DNA from: Aggregatilineales bacterium
GTDB lineage: Bacteria > Chloroflexota > Anaerolineae > Aggregatilineales > Phototrophicaceae
Length of the DNA stretch: 64,000 nucleotides
Direction: 5' to 3'
Assembly: GCA_965214515.1 (NCBI GenBank)
Contig: OZ243955.1
Coordinates: 2,657,773 to 2,721,772, forward strand
Position 1 is the first letter of the stretch. Each line of letters starts with the position of its first letter. Of this stretch, positions 26,716-37,095 are shown in pieces. The notes beneath the pieces are model-generated. The model made no database searches. It was given only the letters and a program-made list of their open reading frames with translations, and was not told the DNA's origin. The translations under genes and the position numbers were made by a program.

Positions 26716-28710
26716 ATGGATATGCACCCGACTCGAGACAGCGCCATGAACGCCAGTCGCCCATTCAAACTGCTTGCCCTCTTGATGCCCGCGCTCATCA
26801 TCCTGTTCCTGATTGTCATTCAGGCGCATCATTTCCACAGCCGCAGCTATCGGCAGGATGAGGCTTGGGTGGTGCATTATGCGCTGGAAAACATCGAGCG
26901 GGTCGGGCTGGTCAACCATATTCTGCAAATCTTCCACAAGCTGCCACCAGAAAATGTCTTGCAGGATATTTGGGTGCATCTCTTTGGTCACATCGAAAAC
27001 ATCGTGCGCTACTTGTCCACCCTGACCACCGGCCTGACCCTGGCCATGTTTTATCGCCTGTCAGCCGACCTCTTCGATAAGCGAACCGCTTATCTGGCGC
27101 TGATTTTATTAGGCACGCTCAGTATTTTTGTCTATTATACCCACGAGGCGCGGCCTTATGCTGCGCTGGCTTTTGGCGCAGTCGGCTTTCAGTGGGCGCT
27201 GCTGCGTTTTATCCGCCGACCCAACCGCCGCCGCGCCGCCCTGACCCTCTTGCTGGGGGGCGTTCCCTTCTATCAGCATCCCTTTCTCGTGTATGTCTAT
27301 GCGGCACAGCTAATCTGCATCCTGGTTTTTGTGCGCTGGAATCGTGAACTGTATCGGCGGGGCGCCGCCTTGTTTGGGGCGCTGGGTTTGTTGATTGCCC
27401 TGCGTGTGCATCTCAATTTTTTCGAGCGCTCTGGCATCATTGGCTATCCGACGGAAACCTCGTTGAGGGGTCTGTCCGAACTGTATGACTATTTCAAGTT
27501 CGTTCCCGAGGCGCTTGGTTTGTTCCTCTTATTGGGCGGATTTGCGATTTTGCTGGGCAAAATAGCTGAAAGGGTCAGGTCGCGCGAGGCTGCCGCTGAC
27601 CCGCTGATGCGCTTTGGCGGGCTTTGGCGCGAGGGCTGGATAATCCTGTGCTTGATTGTCATGGTCGCGCTGGCGCTGCTTGTGAACCTCGCTGTCCCCC
27701 ACATGACACCGCGCAACCTGCTGATTGCCGCGCCTTATCTGGCTTTGATTGCGGCGATTGCGCTGCGGCGCATGCACTGGCAGGCGCAAGCCCTCGCCCT
27801 TCTCTTTTTCTGTCTGCCCTTTGTCCTGCAATTTCGCCCGCTTAACGGCAATGCCGGTTATGGGGAACTGGCGGATTATATGGAAGAGACCTATGACCCT
27901 GACCGGGGGCGTCTGGTGGTCATGGCGCCAAAGATTTGGCAATGGATTCCCATCAAGTATTTCCTGGATGAACGCACTCATCTGGGACTCGCTGACAGCG
28001 ACATTTTTTATGTGACCTTGGAGCCGCAAGAGAATGATTTCGCGCCGCAAAGCCTGGATGAAAGCCAGTTTGCCTTTGACAGACGAGGCAGTCACTTGCA
28101 GCGCTTGCAGGCCTATCTGGGCGAGCGCGACAAGCTGTGGGTGATTCGAGCCAGCGGGGGACCTGACCAGGGGGGAGACCGTGTGATAGAGTGGATTGAG
28201 ACGGGCTACAGCCTTTATCAAGCGGTCGATTTTCATGGCCAAGGCGATTATCACCCGCTGAAAGCGCTTGAATATCGCCGCCATCCTGATAATACGGCAG
28301 CCTGGGCGCGTTTTGGGGATGACATCATCCTGACAAGCTGGCGGCTCAATGATTCGGTGGAGGTTTTACCCGGACAGCCGATTTCGGTGGAGACCTGGTG
28401 GGCAACCGATGCCCCATTGGATGTCCTGTTTAGCTCGACGCTGGTCATTGCCGACCAGAACGGGCAGGGCATCAGCCATGCCGATGATGCGCCTGGCGGC
28501 ATTTATGCGACCTCGCTTTGGCAGCCCGGGCAACTCTACTTTGACGAACGGCATCTCACCATTCCCGACAATATCGAAGCGGGGGAATACCCGCTGCTGC
28601 TCGGCTTGTATGACTTTCAGGTGGTCGAGAACCTGCCAGTGAAGACAGCCGCCGGCGATGCGACGGGAAATTATCTCCAGTATTTAACAACCCTGACAGT
28701 CCGTCCCTAG
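26716..28710 (+). CDS. GT-C fold glycosyltransferase-like membrane protein (PMT/ArnT, family 39-like) with a C-terminal soluble domain
   Basis: About 11 TM segments in the first ~400 aa, an acidic DE in the first extracytoplasmic loop (YRQDEAWVV), and a ~260-aa hydrophilic C-terminus. Confidence 0.5.
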   Translation: MDMHPTRDSAMNASRPFKLLALLMPALIILFLIVIQAHHFHSRSYRQDEAWVVHYALENIERVGLVNHILQIFHKLPPENVLQDIWVHLFGHIENIVRYLSTLTTGLTLAMFYRLSADLFDKRTAYLALILLGTLSIFVYYTHEARPYAALAFGAVGFQWALLRFIRRPNRRRAALTLLLGGVPFYQHPFLVYVYAAQLICILVFVRWNRELYRRGAALFGALGLLIALRVHLNFFERSGIIGYPTETSLRGLSELYDYFKFVPEALGLFLLLGGFAILLGKIAERVRSREAAADPLMRFGGLWREGWIILCLIVMVALALLVNLAVPHMTPRNLLIAAPYLALIAAIALRRMHWQAQALALLFFCLPFVLQFRPLNGNAGYGELADYMEETYDPDRGRLVVMAPKIWQWIPIKYFLDERTHLGLADSDIFYVTLEPQENDFAPQSLDESQFAFDRRGSHLQRLQAYLGERDKLWVIRASGGPDQGGDRVIEWIETGYSLYQAVDFHGQGDYHPLKALEYRRHPDNTAAWARFGDDIILTSWRLNDSVEVLPGQPISVETWWATDAPLDVLFSSTLVIADQNGQGISHADDAPGGIYATSLWQPGQLYFDERHLTIPDNIEAGEYPLLLGLYDFQVVENLPVKTAAGDATGNYLQYLTTLTVRP

Positions 28711-28734
28711 CTTGGCTTGGGGGCTGACTCTTTG

Positions 28735-29943
28735 TTAGCGTCTGGTTCGGTTGGTCTTGATGGCGCGGTCGCGGGGCTGGCTTGCCAATGCAATCTTGAA
28801 CAGCTGACGGTAGCCAGCCAGATATTTTTCTGGGGAGAAGAAATCCTGCGCGAAGTCTCGCGCTTTCGCCCCCATGATTTTGACATCCGCCCGATAAACC
28901 TGCCGCAGCGCATCCGCCAGCGCGTCCACATTGTCCGGCTTGATGAGATAGCCATTTTCGCCCGCGGCAATCATATCGGGTATCCCGCCCACGCGCGTGC
29001 CAATGACGGGCATACCGAGCAGCATCGCCTCCACCACCACGCGCCCCAGCCCCTCGGAAAGCGAGGGCAGCACCAGCGCCCGTGATTTGGCAAAATAATC
29101 CGCCAGAACCTGCTGCGATACTTCCCCGATGAAATGCACTCGACTCGCTATATCGAGTTCAGCTGCCTGCTGCTGCAATGTTTGGGCATAGTCGGCATTT
29201 TCTGGCGCTCCTACCAGATAAAGCTGCGCTGTCGGGTGCTTCAGTTGGGCAAAGGCCGTCAACAGGTGATGCAAGCCCTTTCGCGGAATCAGTGCGCCGG
29301 CATAAACCAGGTCTTCCGCCTCTTCGACTGGCAGCCGGCGCGGTGTCTGCTGGAAAATATCGGTATCGCTCCAGGTCATAAAGCGCACCTGTGGCAGATG
29401 GGGCGCATAATGCCGAGCGCGTTTGGCTGTCGAGGATGAGATGACGCGCATGGCATCGCCATGCCGAAAGGCATAGCCGGCCAATCTCATCATCAGCGAC
29501 CGATACAGCCGTTCGAAGGGAATATCCCGCTGCAAAAAGACATCTTCTTCAAAATGATTGTGATTTTCGATAATCAAGCAGGGCTTCTTGCCGAAGAGCC
29601 TTGCGATGCGCTTGACCCAAGCGCCCATCGCGCCTTCAAATGGGCTTTGCGCCACCAGCACCCGGCCATTGTATCGGAAAACCAAAACCAGCAGCAGCAG
29701 GGGCGCCAGCGTGAAAATCGTCAGATAGCGCAAGATAGAGCTTGGGGGCTGTGGGATAAGATAGAAATGTACCTGTTGGGTAAATCGGCGCGGACGCCAG
29801 GAACTTGAAAAGCCGATGACGCGAATGTCATAATCGCGCAGCTGTGTCATCATCTCCCATTTACGGGCAATCGTGGCATCAAGCGGATGGCTGTAACGCG
29901 CACTGCTAATCCAGCATACTGTGGTTTTGGTCGGATGGGTCAT
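28735..29943 (-). CDS. Glycosyltransferase family 4 (GT-B)
   Basis: C-terminal E-x7-E region LPSLSEGLGRVVVEAMLLGMPVIGTRVGGIPDMI. Confidence 0.85.
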   Translation of the reverse strand: MTHPTKTTVCWISSARYSHPLDATIARKWEMMTQLRDYDIRVIGFSSSWRPRRFTQQVHFYLIPQPPSSILRYLTIFTLAPLLLLVLVFRYNGRVLVAQSPFEGAMGAWVKRIARLFGKKPCLIIENHNHFEEDVFLQRDIPFERLYRSLMMRLAGYAFRHGDAMRVISSSTAKRARHYAPHLPQVRFMTWSDTDIFQQTPRRLPVEEAEDLVYAGALIPRKGLHHLLTAFAQLKHPTAQLYLVGAPENADYAQTLQQQAAELDIASRVHFIGEVSQQVLADYFAKSRALVLPSLSEGLGRVVVEAMLLGMPVIGTRVGGIPDMIAAGENGYLIKPDNVDALADALRQVYRADVKIMGAKARDFAQDFFSPEKYLAGYRQLFKIALASQPRDRAIKTNRTRR

Positions 29944-30050
29944 ACGGCTTTTCGCTGCGAATCCACTGGCACTTTATCAAAATGCTGACAAATCAACCCT
30001 AATATACCAGCATTCTCGCGTTTTCGCATTCGCCTGATGCTATGCCGCGT

Positions 30051-30464
30051 TCATTTCTTAGCCTTGTCCTGGTGGATGATGGTGATGCTGTTTTTGTCGG
30101 CTGGCGCGTCGTCGGTTTTCATCAGGCCTTCGAGTATCATCGACACCAGCGCCATCACGATACCGCCCAGGATAGCCGTCCAGATGCCCCCCTCGATGAC
30201 CAGGCGGTCACCGACCAGCGAATCGGTAATCAGCAGCATCACGCCGTTAATAACCAGAATAAACAAGCCCAGCGACAGGATGACAGCCGGACAGGTTAAG
30301 AGAAGCATAATGGGCTTTAGCAGCGAATTGACAATGCCGAAAATCAAGCCGATGATTAGCAGCGTGCCGATGTCATTGTTGGCAACCTGGATATTGGGAA
30401 TCAGCATCGCCGTGACAGCAATCGCCACGGCGTTGATAATCACACGGATAACGAAGTCTCTCAT
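30051..30464 (-). CDS. Four-TM phage-holin-superfamily-IV-like (YvlD-type) membrane protein
   Basis: MRDFVIRVIINAVAIAVTAMLIP...GIVNSLLKPIMLLLTCP...LVINGVMLLITD. AGGAG lies 7 nt upstream of the ATG at 30464. Confidence 0.7.
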   Translation of the reverse strand: MRDFVIRVIINAVAIAVTAMLIPNIQVANNDIGTLLIIGLIFGIVNSLLKPIMLLLTCPAVILSLGLFILVINGVMLLITDSLVGDRLVIEGGIWTAILGGIVMALVSMILEGLMKTDDAPADKNSITIIHQDKAKK

Positions 30465-30480
30465 CGAATGGCTCCTCATT

Positions 30481-30517
30481 AAACAAAGGGGCAGAAACTG
30501 AACTTCAGCCTCTGCCC
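30481..30517 (-). terminator. Putative intrinsic terminator downstream of the large surface-protein gene
   Basis: On the minus strand, GGGCAGA..CTGAA.TTCAG..TCTGCCC forms an interrupted hairpin followed by CTTTGTTT. It sits 34 nt after the stop at 30552. Confidence 0.5.
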
Positions 30518-30551
30518 ATTATACGATGTGCCTGGCGGACAGGTTGCATGC

Positions 30552-33500
30552 CTATTGCCTCAGACGGCGCAGCAGGAACAGAATCAGCAGCAGCAGCAGA
30601 CCCGCAGCGCCGGCGGCAATCGCGGTGGTGTTGTCCCTGGTTTCTGGCGGGTCGGCGCTGGGCGCGTCCACTTCTCTAATCGTCACCGGTGTCAGCGAGG
30701 GCTGTGGGGTTGGGTCAGCAAGCTCTTCTTCAGTCGGCACTTCAGTTAGCTCGCCTCTTGCCGCAGCAACGGCTGTTTCTGTGAGGTCTTCAGTCGGCGT
30801 GGGTGTCAGCGTTGGCGTATAGGTTGCGGTTGGTGTGAGCGTGTCGGTTGCAGTGGGCGTTGGCGTCAGCGTATCAGCCGCAGTTGGCGTGGGTGTGGGT
30901 GTGTCGGTGGCGGTAGGTGTTGGCGTATCCGTTGCGGTTGGCGTCGGTGTGTTAGTGGCAGTGGGTGTTGGCGTCAGGGTATCCGTTGGCGTTGGCGTGA
31001 GTGTGTTGGTGGCAGTAGGCGTGAGCGTATGAGTTGCGGTAGGAACATCCGTGTTAGTGGCAGTCGGTGTTGGTGTGTCCGTTGGTGTTGGCGTCGGTGT
31101 TTGGGTTGCAGTTGGCGTTGGTGTGTCCGTTGCGGTTGGTGTTGGCGTGAGCGTATGAGTGGCGGTGGGAACATCAGTGTTGGTAGCAGTTGGCGTTGAT
31201 GTATCCGTTGCCGTTGGCGTCGGTGTGTTAGTGGCAGTGGGCGTTGGTGTGTCGGTTGCTGTTGGAACATCGGTGTTGGTGGCGGTTGGCGTTAGTGTGT
31301 CAGTTGCAGTGGGTATTGGCGTGTCGGTTGCGGTGGGTGTTGGCGTATCCGTTGCCGTTGGCGTCAAGGTATCCGTTGCAGTGGGTGTTGGCGTGTCGGT
31401 TGCTGTTGGAACATTGGTGTTAGTCGCGGTGGGTGTTGGCGTATAGGTTGCTGTTGGTACATCAGTGTTAGTCGCGGTTGGTATATCGGTATCCGTGGCA
31501 GTGGGTATTGGTGTGTCGGTTGCGGTTGGAACATCAGTGTTAGTGGCAGTGGGTGTTGGCGTGTCGGTTGCTGTTGGTACATCAGTATCCCTTGCAGTGG
31601 GCATTGGCGTATGAGTGGCGGTTGGTATTGGTGTGTCGGTGGGCGTTGGAACATCAGTGTTGGTGGCAGTGGGTATTGGCGTATGGGTTGGTGTTGGAAC
31701 ATCGGTGTTAGTCGCAGTTGGCGGTGGTGTGTCGGTTGCTGTTGGAACATCAGTGTTGGTGGCAGTAGGTATTGACGTGTCGGTTGCTGTTGGCATTGGT
31801 GTATCGGTATCGGTTGGCGCTGGCATTGGTGTATCAGTCGCCGTTGGAACATCGGTATCCGTTGCCGTTGGCGTGTTGGTGGCAGTGGGCATTGGCGTAT
31901 GGGTTGGTGTTGGAACATCAGTGTTGGTGGCGGTGGGTATTGACGTGTCGGTTGCGGTTGGAACATTCGTGTTGGTGGCGGTGGGCGTCGACGTGTCGGT
32001 TGGCGTTGGAGCATCAGTGTTGGTGGCAGTGGGCGTCGGCGGCAGATCGACCACGAAGGGCAAGCTCAGATTCGTGCTTTGTCCGCCAGCGTTGGTGACA
32101 GTCAGATTGAGTTCATGCCGACCGTTGCCAAGCCTTTCTGCTGGAATGGTAATGACCTCATCGCTGACCGCTACAGGGACGCCCCCATCGTAAGCGACTT
32201 CAATGCCTGTAATTTCAGTCTGTCCGCCCACAACAAGCCTGACATCTTCATCGCTGCTTATGATTTGGTCAGCAGCCAGCCCGCTGAGCGCAAGTGTGGG
32301 CGGCAGCGCGGCAACTTCAAAGTCAATCGTTTTGGTTTCTTCTGTGCCTATCGCATCAATCGCCGTGATATTGAGGGTGGCGCTGCCCGGTGCAAAATCA
32401 GCCGCATTCAGTGTAAATTCGAGCTGGCCGCTGTCGCTGTGGATGACTGGGTCGGTATCCAGGCTCAGGCTGGCAACGGGCGATTGTCCGACAGCTGAAA
32501 CACTGCCCGTAAGGCTGTCGGACAATATCGTCTCGGATGTGAGATTATCGACCTGAATGCGCGGGGGCAGCGCCGCCACAGTGAAAGTTCTATCTATGGA
32601 AGCGCTTTGACCGCTTTCATTGTTGGCGCGAATGGTCAGGGTGTGTTCTCCTGGACTCAATGTGAATGGATCCAGGAGGAAATCATAGGGCGGCTGGCTG
32701 TCGGTTTCGATGGTTTGTCCGTCCATAATCAACTCAACGCTGGTGATGTCAGTTTGACCGCCGGCCTCGACCGCAATCTCTTGTGTCTCAGCCAATGCGG
32801 TTTCGGGCAGCGGCTCAAAATCGGTGGACAGGGTGGGGGGCAGCGCCGCGACAGTGAAAGTTCTGTCGACGGAAGCGCTTTGGCCGCCCTCATTGTTGGC
32901 GCGAATGGTCAGGGTGCGCTCTCCTGGGCTCAATGTGAATGGATCCAGGGCGAAATCATAAGGCGGCTGGCTGTCGGTTTCGATGGTTTGTCCGTCCATA
33001 ATCAACTCGACGCTGGTGATGTCGGTTTGACCACCGGCCTCGACCGCAATCTCTTGTGTTTCAGCCAATGCGGTTTCGGGCAGTAGCTCAAAATCGGTGG
33101 ACAGGATGGGAGGCAGCGCCGCCGCAGTGAAAGTTCTGTCGACGGAAGCGCTTTGGCCGCCCTCATTGTTGGCGCGAATGGTCAGGGTGCGCTCTCCTGG
33201 GCTCAATGCGGATGGATCCAGGGCGAAATCATAGGGCGGCTGGCTGTCGGTTTCGATGGTTTGCCCGTCAATGATTAACTCGACGCTGGTGATGTCGGTT
33301 TGACCGCCGGCCTCGACCGCAATCTCTTGCGTTTCAGCCAATGCGGTTTGGGGCAATGGCTCAAAATCGGTGGACAGGGTGGGGGGCAGCGCCGCGACCT
33401 CAAATTCAGTCTGAAACGTGCCAATATCCCCGTCGACATCGCTGACGGTAATATCGAGTGTATAACTGCCCGGGGCAGTGGTCGCGGGTTCAATGACATA

Positions 33501-34562
33501 ACTCTCATCGATCGAAACGGGCTCGCCGTTAATGGCATATTCGATGCTGACGATGTCCTGGTCGGCTCTGACCTCAACGACGACCTCAGTGCGGTCGGTC
33601 AGCGCTTCGATAAAGGGGTCGCCGGGCAAGAAGATCAGTGGCACTGGAATTGGCGTGCGCAAGACAGCGCTGTCGGATGCGCTTTGTCCGTCTGGCGTGG
33701 TGACATGCAGCGTGAAGTTATGGCGTCTGCCATCGGCAGGGAGGGGGACATCCAGGGTAACGATGTATTGCGTGCGGAACAAATAGGCGAGATTGTCATA
33801 GACGGCGACCAGTTCTTCGGGTTCTGGCAAATTATAGAAAACAGCATTCGATTCCCTGGAGACCGCTTCGAGGAAGCGCTGGTCAATGTTCCAACCCAAG
33901 CCGACGGTATAAACTGGCACGCCATGAATGGTGGCGGCGTGGATGCTCTCGTCACGGGTATAGCGGCTGACATTTCCGTCTTCATGCCCATCGGTCAGAA
34001 TGATGACCGCTTTGCGCGGCAGGGGCGCACGGCGGGCGGTCTCGATGCCGTGCCAGTTGGCGTCGTACAGGGCGGTCTTTCCACCGGCATAAAGCTGGTC
34101 AACGATGCGAAGCAGTTCCGTCTTGTCGGTTGTGTAATCGACGAGGAGTTGAAAGGACGAGTCAAAAATGGTGAGCGCGACCGGGTCATCGGGCCCCAAA
34201 GAGCTAATATAATTTCGGGCGGCCTGTCTTGTCTGTGTTATCGGCAGGCCGGTCATGCTGTAGCTGGTGTCAATCACCAGCACACTGGCAAATGCCAGCG
34301 CGTCATCGGTGACATTTTCCACTTGGCTGACAGAGGCAATCCCCGCCAGTTCACCGCCAACCTCAAAATTGCCCGCTTCCAGCCCGGAAACAAGCTGCCC
34401 ACTGGAATCCAGTACGCTGACATTGATGGCCACAGCCGACAGGTCGGTTGCATCAACGCCGATGATGTCGACTGTGATGCCGACTTCGTCCTGTGTCCGT
34501 GCCAAGCTGAAAGGCATCAGCAATATCAGCGCAGCCAACACGTTCCATCCAAATCGCTTCAC
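30552..34562 (-). CDS. Large cell-surface protein: signal peptide, vWA domain, ~7 Ig-like modules, ~420-aa Pro/Thr-rich region, C-terminal TM anchor
   Basis: Signal peptide [21 protein letters not shown]. vWA MIDAS-like [12 protein letters not shown]...TALYDA (about 33750-34295). Repeated ~91-aa beta modules are followed by TPTATDT-type low complexity. The C-terminus is [23 protein letters not shown]. Confidence 0.88.
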   Translation of the reverse strand: MKRFGWNVLAALILLMPFSLARTQDEVGITVDIIGVDATDLSAVAINVSVLDSSGQLVSGLEAGNFEVGGELAGIASVSQVENVTDDALAFASVLVIDTSYSMTGLPITQTRQAARNYISSLGPDDPVALTIFDSSFQLLVDYTTDKTELLRIVDQLYAGGKTALYDANWHGIETARRAPLPRKAVIILTDGHEDGNVSRYTRDESIHAATIHGVPVYTVGLGWNIDQRFLEAVSRESNAVFYNLPEPEELVAVYDNLAYLFRTQYIVTLDVPLPADGRRHNFTLHVTTPDGQSASDSAVLRTPIPVPLIFLPGDPFIEALTDRTEVVVEVRADQDIVSIEYAINGEPVSIDESYVIEPATTAPGSYTLDITVSDVDGDIGTFQTEFEVAALPPTLSTDFEPLPQTALAETQEIAVEAGGQTDITSVELIIDGQTIETDSQPPYDFALDPSALSPGERTLTIRANNEGGQSASVDRTFTAAALPPILSTDFELLPETALAETQEIAVEAGGQTDITSVELIMDGQTIETDSQPPYDFALDPFTLSPGERTLTIRANNEGGQSASVDRTFTVAALPPTLSTDFEPLPETALAETQEIAVEAGGQTDITSVELIMDGQTIETDSQPPYDFLLDPFTLSPGEHTLTIRANNESGQSASIDRTFTVAALPPRIQVDNLTSETILSDSLTGSVSAVGQSPVASLSLDTDPVIHSDSGQLEFTLNAADFAPGSATLNITAIDAIGTEETKTIDFEVAALPPTLALSGLAADQIISSDEDVRLVVGGQTEITGIEVAYDGGVPVAVSDEVITIPAERLGNGRHELNLTVTNAGGQSTNLSLPFVVDLPPTPTATNTDAPTPTDTSTPTATNTNVPTATDTSIPTATNTDVPTPTHTPMPTATNTPTATDTDVPTATDTPMPAPTDTDTPMPTATDTSIPTATNTDVPTATDTPPPTATNTDVPTPTHTPIPTATNTDVPTPTDTPIPTATHTPMPTARDTDVPTATDTPTPTATNTDVPTATDTPIPTATDTDIPTATNTDVPTATYTPTPTATNTNVPTATDTPTPTATDTLTPTATDTPTPTATDTPIPTATDTLTPTATNTDVPTATDTPTPTATNTPTPTATDTSTPTATNTDVPTATHTLTPTPTATDTPTPTATQTPTPTPTDTPTPTATNTDVPTATHTLTPTATNTLTPTPTDTLTPTPTATNTPTPTATDTPTPTATDTPTPTPTAADTLTPTPTATDTLTPTATYTPTLTPTPTEDLTETAVAAARGELTEVPTEEELADPTPQPSLTPVTIREVDAPSADPPETRDNTTAIAAGAAGLLLLLILFLLRRLRQ
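30795..32052 (-). repeat. Coding low-complexity region: degenerate short tandem repeats encoding (T/N/D)-T-(D/P)-(V/I/T)-P-T-A-T units
   Basis: About 1.26 kb of imperfect GTTGGCGTxGGTGTxTCxGTTGC-like repeats on the plus strand. In frame it translates as [20 protein letters not shown]... This region produces long shadow ORFs in other frames and on the other strand. Confidence 0.9.
32570..33395 (-). repeat. Three tandem, near-identical 273-bp (91-codon) repeats inside the surface-protein gene
   Basis: The anchor CAGCGCCGC..CAGTGAAAGTTCT recurs at ~32568, ~32841 and ~33114, giving a 273-nt period. The copies differ at only a handful of positions. The encoded unit is [82 protein letters not shown]. 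Confidence 0.9.
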
Positions 34563-34750
34563 GTCAAGCTCTCCGATGTTTGTGATAAAAAGTACATAAT
34601 ATCAGCTAACTTTAACCTATTTCTGAAGATTTGTCATCATTTTCGACGATTTACCCAGCCGCAGCAAGATTTTGCCTATGCAAACTCCCGCGACTCAGGC
34701 ACAATGCCATTGTGATAGGTTGGCGGATGAACACTCAAAGGATAAGCTGA

Positions 34751-35944
34751 ATGAATGGGATACGTATCGCTGTGGCTTGGTTTGCGCTGGTGTGGCTGGT
34801 GTCGCTGGCGGCGGCGCAAAGCCCCCAAAGTCCGTCAGCCATCTGCGCGGCGGCTGAACCCGCCCAACACAGCATCATGCAGTTTCAGGCAGCTGACCAT
34901 GTGCTGGTGGAGGGCCTTGATTATCGGGCGATTTTATGCACGACCGCCGGCGCGATTTATGTCGACCTCTTCGAAAGCCTGACTCCCGTCACCGTCAACA
35001 ATTTTGTGTTTTTGGCGGAACAGGGTTATTACGACAACACGACCTTCCATCGGGTCATTCCCGATTTCATGGCGCAGGCTGGCGACCCGAGGGGAACTGG
35101 CCGCGGCGGGCCTGGCTATCAGTTTCAGGATGAGCCAGTCGGCTTCCTTGTCTTTGAACGTCCCGGCCTGCTGGCGATGGCCAACGCGGGCCCAGGGACC
35201 AACGGCAGCCAATTCTTCATTACCGCCGCCGCCACCCCGCATCTGAATTATCGGCACACGATTTTTGGCGATGTCCTGCTGGGGCAGGACAATGTCCTTG
35301 CCATCCGCGAACGCGACCCCGCTACCGCGACTGAGGCGGGCGAAACGCTGCAAACCGTCGTCATTGTGACCGACCCCGCTGCTGTCGATAACAGCGGCAT
35401 CGCCCAGTTGGAAGCGGCGACGCAGGCAGAGGTCGCTGCCGCCTTTATCAGCCTGTCCGACGACTCCGAACTGTCGACCACCGAAGACATCCGCAACGCG
35501 CTGCCAGCCGACTTGCGGGCTGATTTTGCGGCTTTTGCCGACAGCTATGGGCATCAATATCGTTACAGCACGCAAATCCTCAACAGCGAATGCAGCCCTG
35601 AGATATTCTTCTCGTCCGTGGGATATGGGATAGATGTTTTTGAGAATCGTGAAGCCGCATGGGATGCTCTGAACGACGACTTCATGTCGGCGCTGATAAT
35701 GAGCCAGGGCTTCGAGCCGATTGAAGCGGGAGCGGCGGCCTTTATGCGAGCGATGCCCGACTGTGCGGGCGAAAGCGGCGTCCATCTGCTGGCGCTGTAC
35801 ACACGCGGCCGCTATCTGGTCACGATTCGGGTGCTGGTGGATGCCGCGCTGCTGGCGCAAATATCACCAGCCGACCTGCTGGACAATCTGGCAAACCAAA
35901 TCGAAACGGACTTTACGGCTGTCTACGCCAGCGAAATCCGCTAG
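34751..35944 (+). CDS. Secreted cyclophilin-type peptidyl-prolyl cis-trans isomerase with a ~190-aa C-terminal extension
   Basis: Signal peptide, then the cyclophilin core [23 protein letters not shown]...[18 protein letters not shown]. Confidence 0.88.
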   Translation: MNGIRIAVAWFALVWLVSLAAAQSPQSPSAICAAAEPAQHSIMQFQAADHVLVEGLDYRAILCTTAGAIYVDLFESLTPVTVNNFVFLAEQGYYDNTTFHRVIPDFMAQAGDPRGTGRGGPGYQFQDEPVGFLVFERPGLLAMANAGPGTNGSQFFITAAATPHLNYRHTIFGDVLLGQDNVLAIRERDPATATEAGETLQTVVIVTDPAAVDNSGIAQLEAATQAEVAAAFISLSDDSELSTTEDIRNALPADLRADFAAFADSYGHQYRYSTQILNSECSPEIFFSSVGYGIDVFENREAAWDALNDDFMSALIMSQGFEPIEAGAAAFMRAMPDCAGESGVHLLALYTRGRYLVTIRVLVDAALLAQISPADLLDNLANQIETDFTAVYASEIR

Positions 35945-35974
35945 GCGCGGCTGTCGCGCTGGGGGTCTGCGCCT

Positions 35975-37039
35975 TCATCCTTGTATTGAATGAATATGGG
36001 CTGACAGCTGTTCCGCCAGCTTGAAGCGGTTCACGCAGTCGAGCAGCGCGTTCCAAGTCGCTTGTGGCAGTTCGATGCCCGCGGCCAAACGGCGCCCTCG
36101 CTGGCGTGCCTCGATTTCACCCGGATACAGCACCTCGCCCTCCAGGGGGTCGGCTTTGACAAATTCAATCGCCTGGTCAACCTGCGCTCTGAATTGTGCC
36201 AGCTGCCCAAAGCGCGAAATGTCGATGACCAGCAAGACCGTTCCCCAGCGATTCCCCTCCAGCAGCCGCACATCGGAGCGCATGGATGCCATCATGCCGA
36301 GCAGACCGACCATCATCGCCAGCGCATACCCCTTGTGTCCCACTGACGGCAGGCCCATCGGGCGCAAGGCGCCGCCAGCTTGCAGCTGATTGGGGTCAGT
36401 TGTCGGTCGCCCGGCGGCATCAACAATCCATTCCCCGGGCAAGGCCTCGCCCTTCGCCTGCGCGAACATGACCTTCCCCGCCGCCGATATCGAGGTGGCA
36501 AAATCAAGAATCACCGGCCCATAACGTTCGCCGGGCAAGCCCATCGCAATCGGATTGGCGCCAATTTTGCGCCCGCTGCCGTTCAGCGGCACGACAATCG
36601 ACTTGGTGCCGCCAATGCAGCCATCCCACATCATGGAAGCCATCCCGGCGCGAGCGGCGATTTCCGCATAGTTGCCGATGCGCCCGGTGTGGCCTGTGTG
36701 GTACATCGTGACCAAGGCGATGCCTTCCGCACGCGCTTTCTCGATAGCCAGTTCGGTGCCGAACCGGGCGACGACTTGGCCAAATGTCCAGTGTCCGTCA
36801 ATCTGCGCCGTCGCCGCCGTCTCTTCGACCACTTCCGCGCTCGCTTGCGGCGCAAGTTCGCCGCTGTCAATCTGATGGACATAATGCGGCGTCCGCAGGA
36901 CACCATGCGAGTCGTGTCCGGCAAGATTGGCATCGACCAGATGGCGGGAGACAAATTCGGCATATTCCTCCAGCGCTCCCGCCGCCGCCAGAATACCCGC
37001 AGTGATCATTTGTAAGGCATCCGCTTGTATGATTGGCAT
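35975..37039 (-). CDS. Ldh family oxidoreductase (malate/L-lactate dehydrogenase family 2)
   Basis: HDSHGVLRTPHYV motif, ~354 aa. GAGGAAA lies upstream of the ATG at 37039; the track start 37099 would overlap the upstream gene. Confidence 0.8.
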   Translation of the reverse strand: MPIIQADALQMITAGILAAAGALEEYAEFVSRHLVDANLAGHDSHGVLRTPHYVHQIDSGELAPQASAEVVEETAATAQIDGHWTFGQVVARFGTELAIEKARAEGIALVTMYHTGHTGRIGNYAEIAARAGMASMMWDGCIGGTKSIVVPLNGSGRKIGANPIAMGLPGERYGPVILDFATSISAAGKVMFAQAKGEALPGEWIVDAAGRPTTDPNQLQAGGALRPMGLPSVGHKGYALAMMVGLLGMMASMRSDVRLLEGNRWGTVLLVIDISRFGQLAQFRAQVDQAIEFVKADPLEGEVLYPGEIEARQRGRRLAAGIELPQATWNALLDCVNRFKLAEQLSAHIHSIQG

Positions 37040-37095
37040 TCGCTTTCCTCTCTGTTCGCTGGGTTTCGGCTGCATCAAAATAAGTTTAGCGGCCT

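Noticed and set aside
8667-30464. Possibility that the portal gene (8667), the tail-like gene (25545) and the holin-family gene (30051) mark a single prophage.
   Set aside because: They are separated by housekeeping genes (sthA, tsaD, recF, signalling and transport genes). No terminase, capsid, protease, tail tube, integrase or att-like repeats were seen. The YvlD-type holin-superfamily protein is widespread outside phages.
30795-32052. Periodic repeat structure that superficially resembles a CRISPR array or a satellite.
   Set aside because: There are no constant-length repeats separated by unique spacers. The period is short and degenerate, and the region is in frame within a 1336-aa ORF encoding Pro/Thr low complexity.
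30835-32193. A stack of ORFs in other frames and on the other strand across the PT-rich region, for example [13 protein letters not shown]... at 31159..31446 and 31615..32193, and the Q/P/R-rich 31364..32014(-).
   Set aside because: They are by-products of the short tandem repeat. Only the minus-strand frame is continuous with the signal peptide, vWA and Ig modules on one side and the TM anchor on the other.
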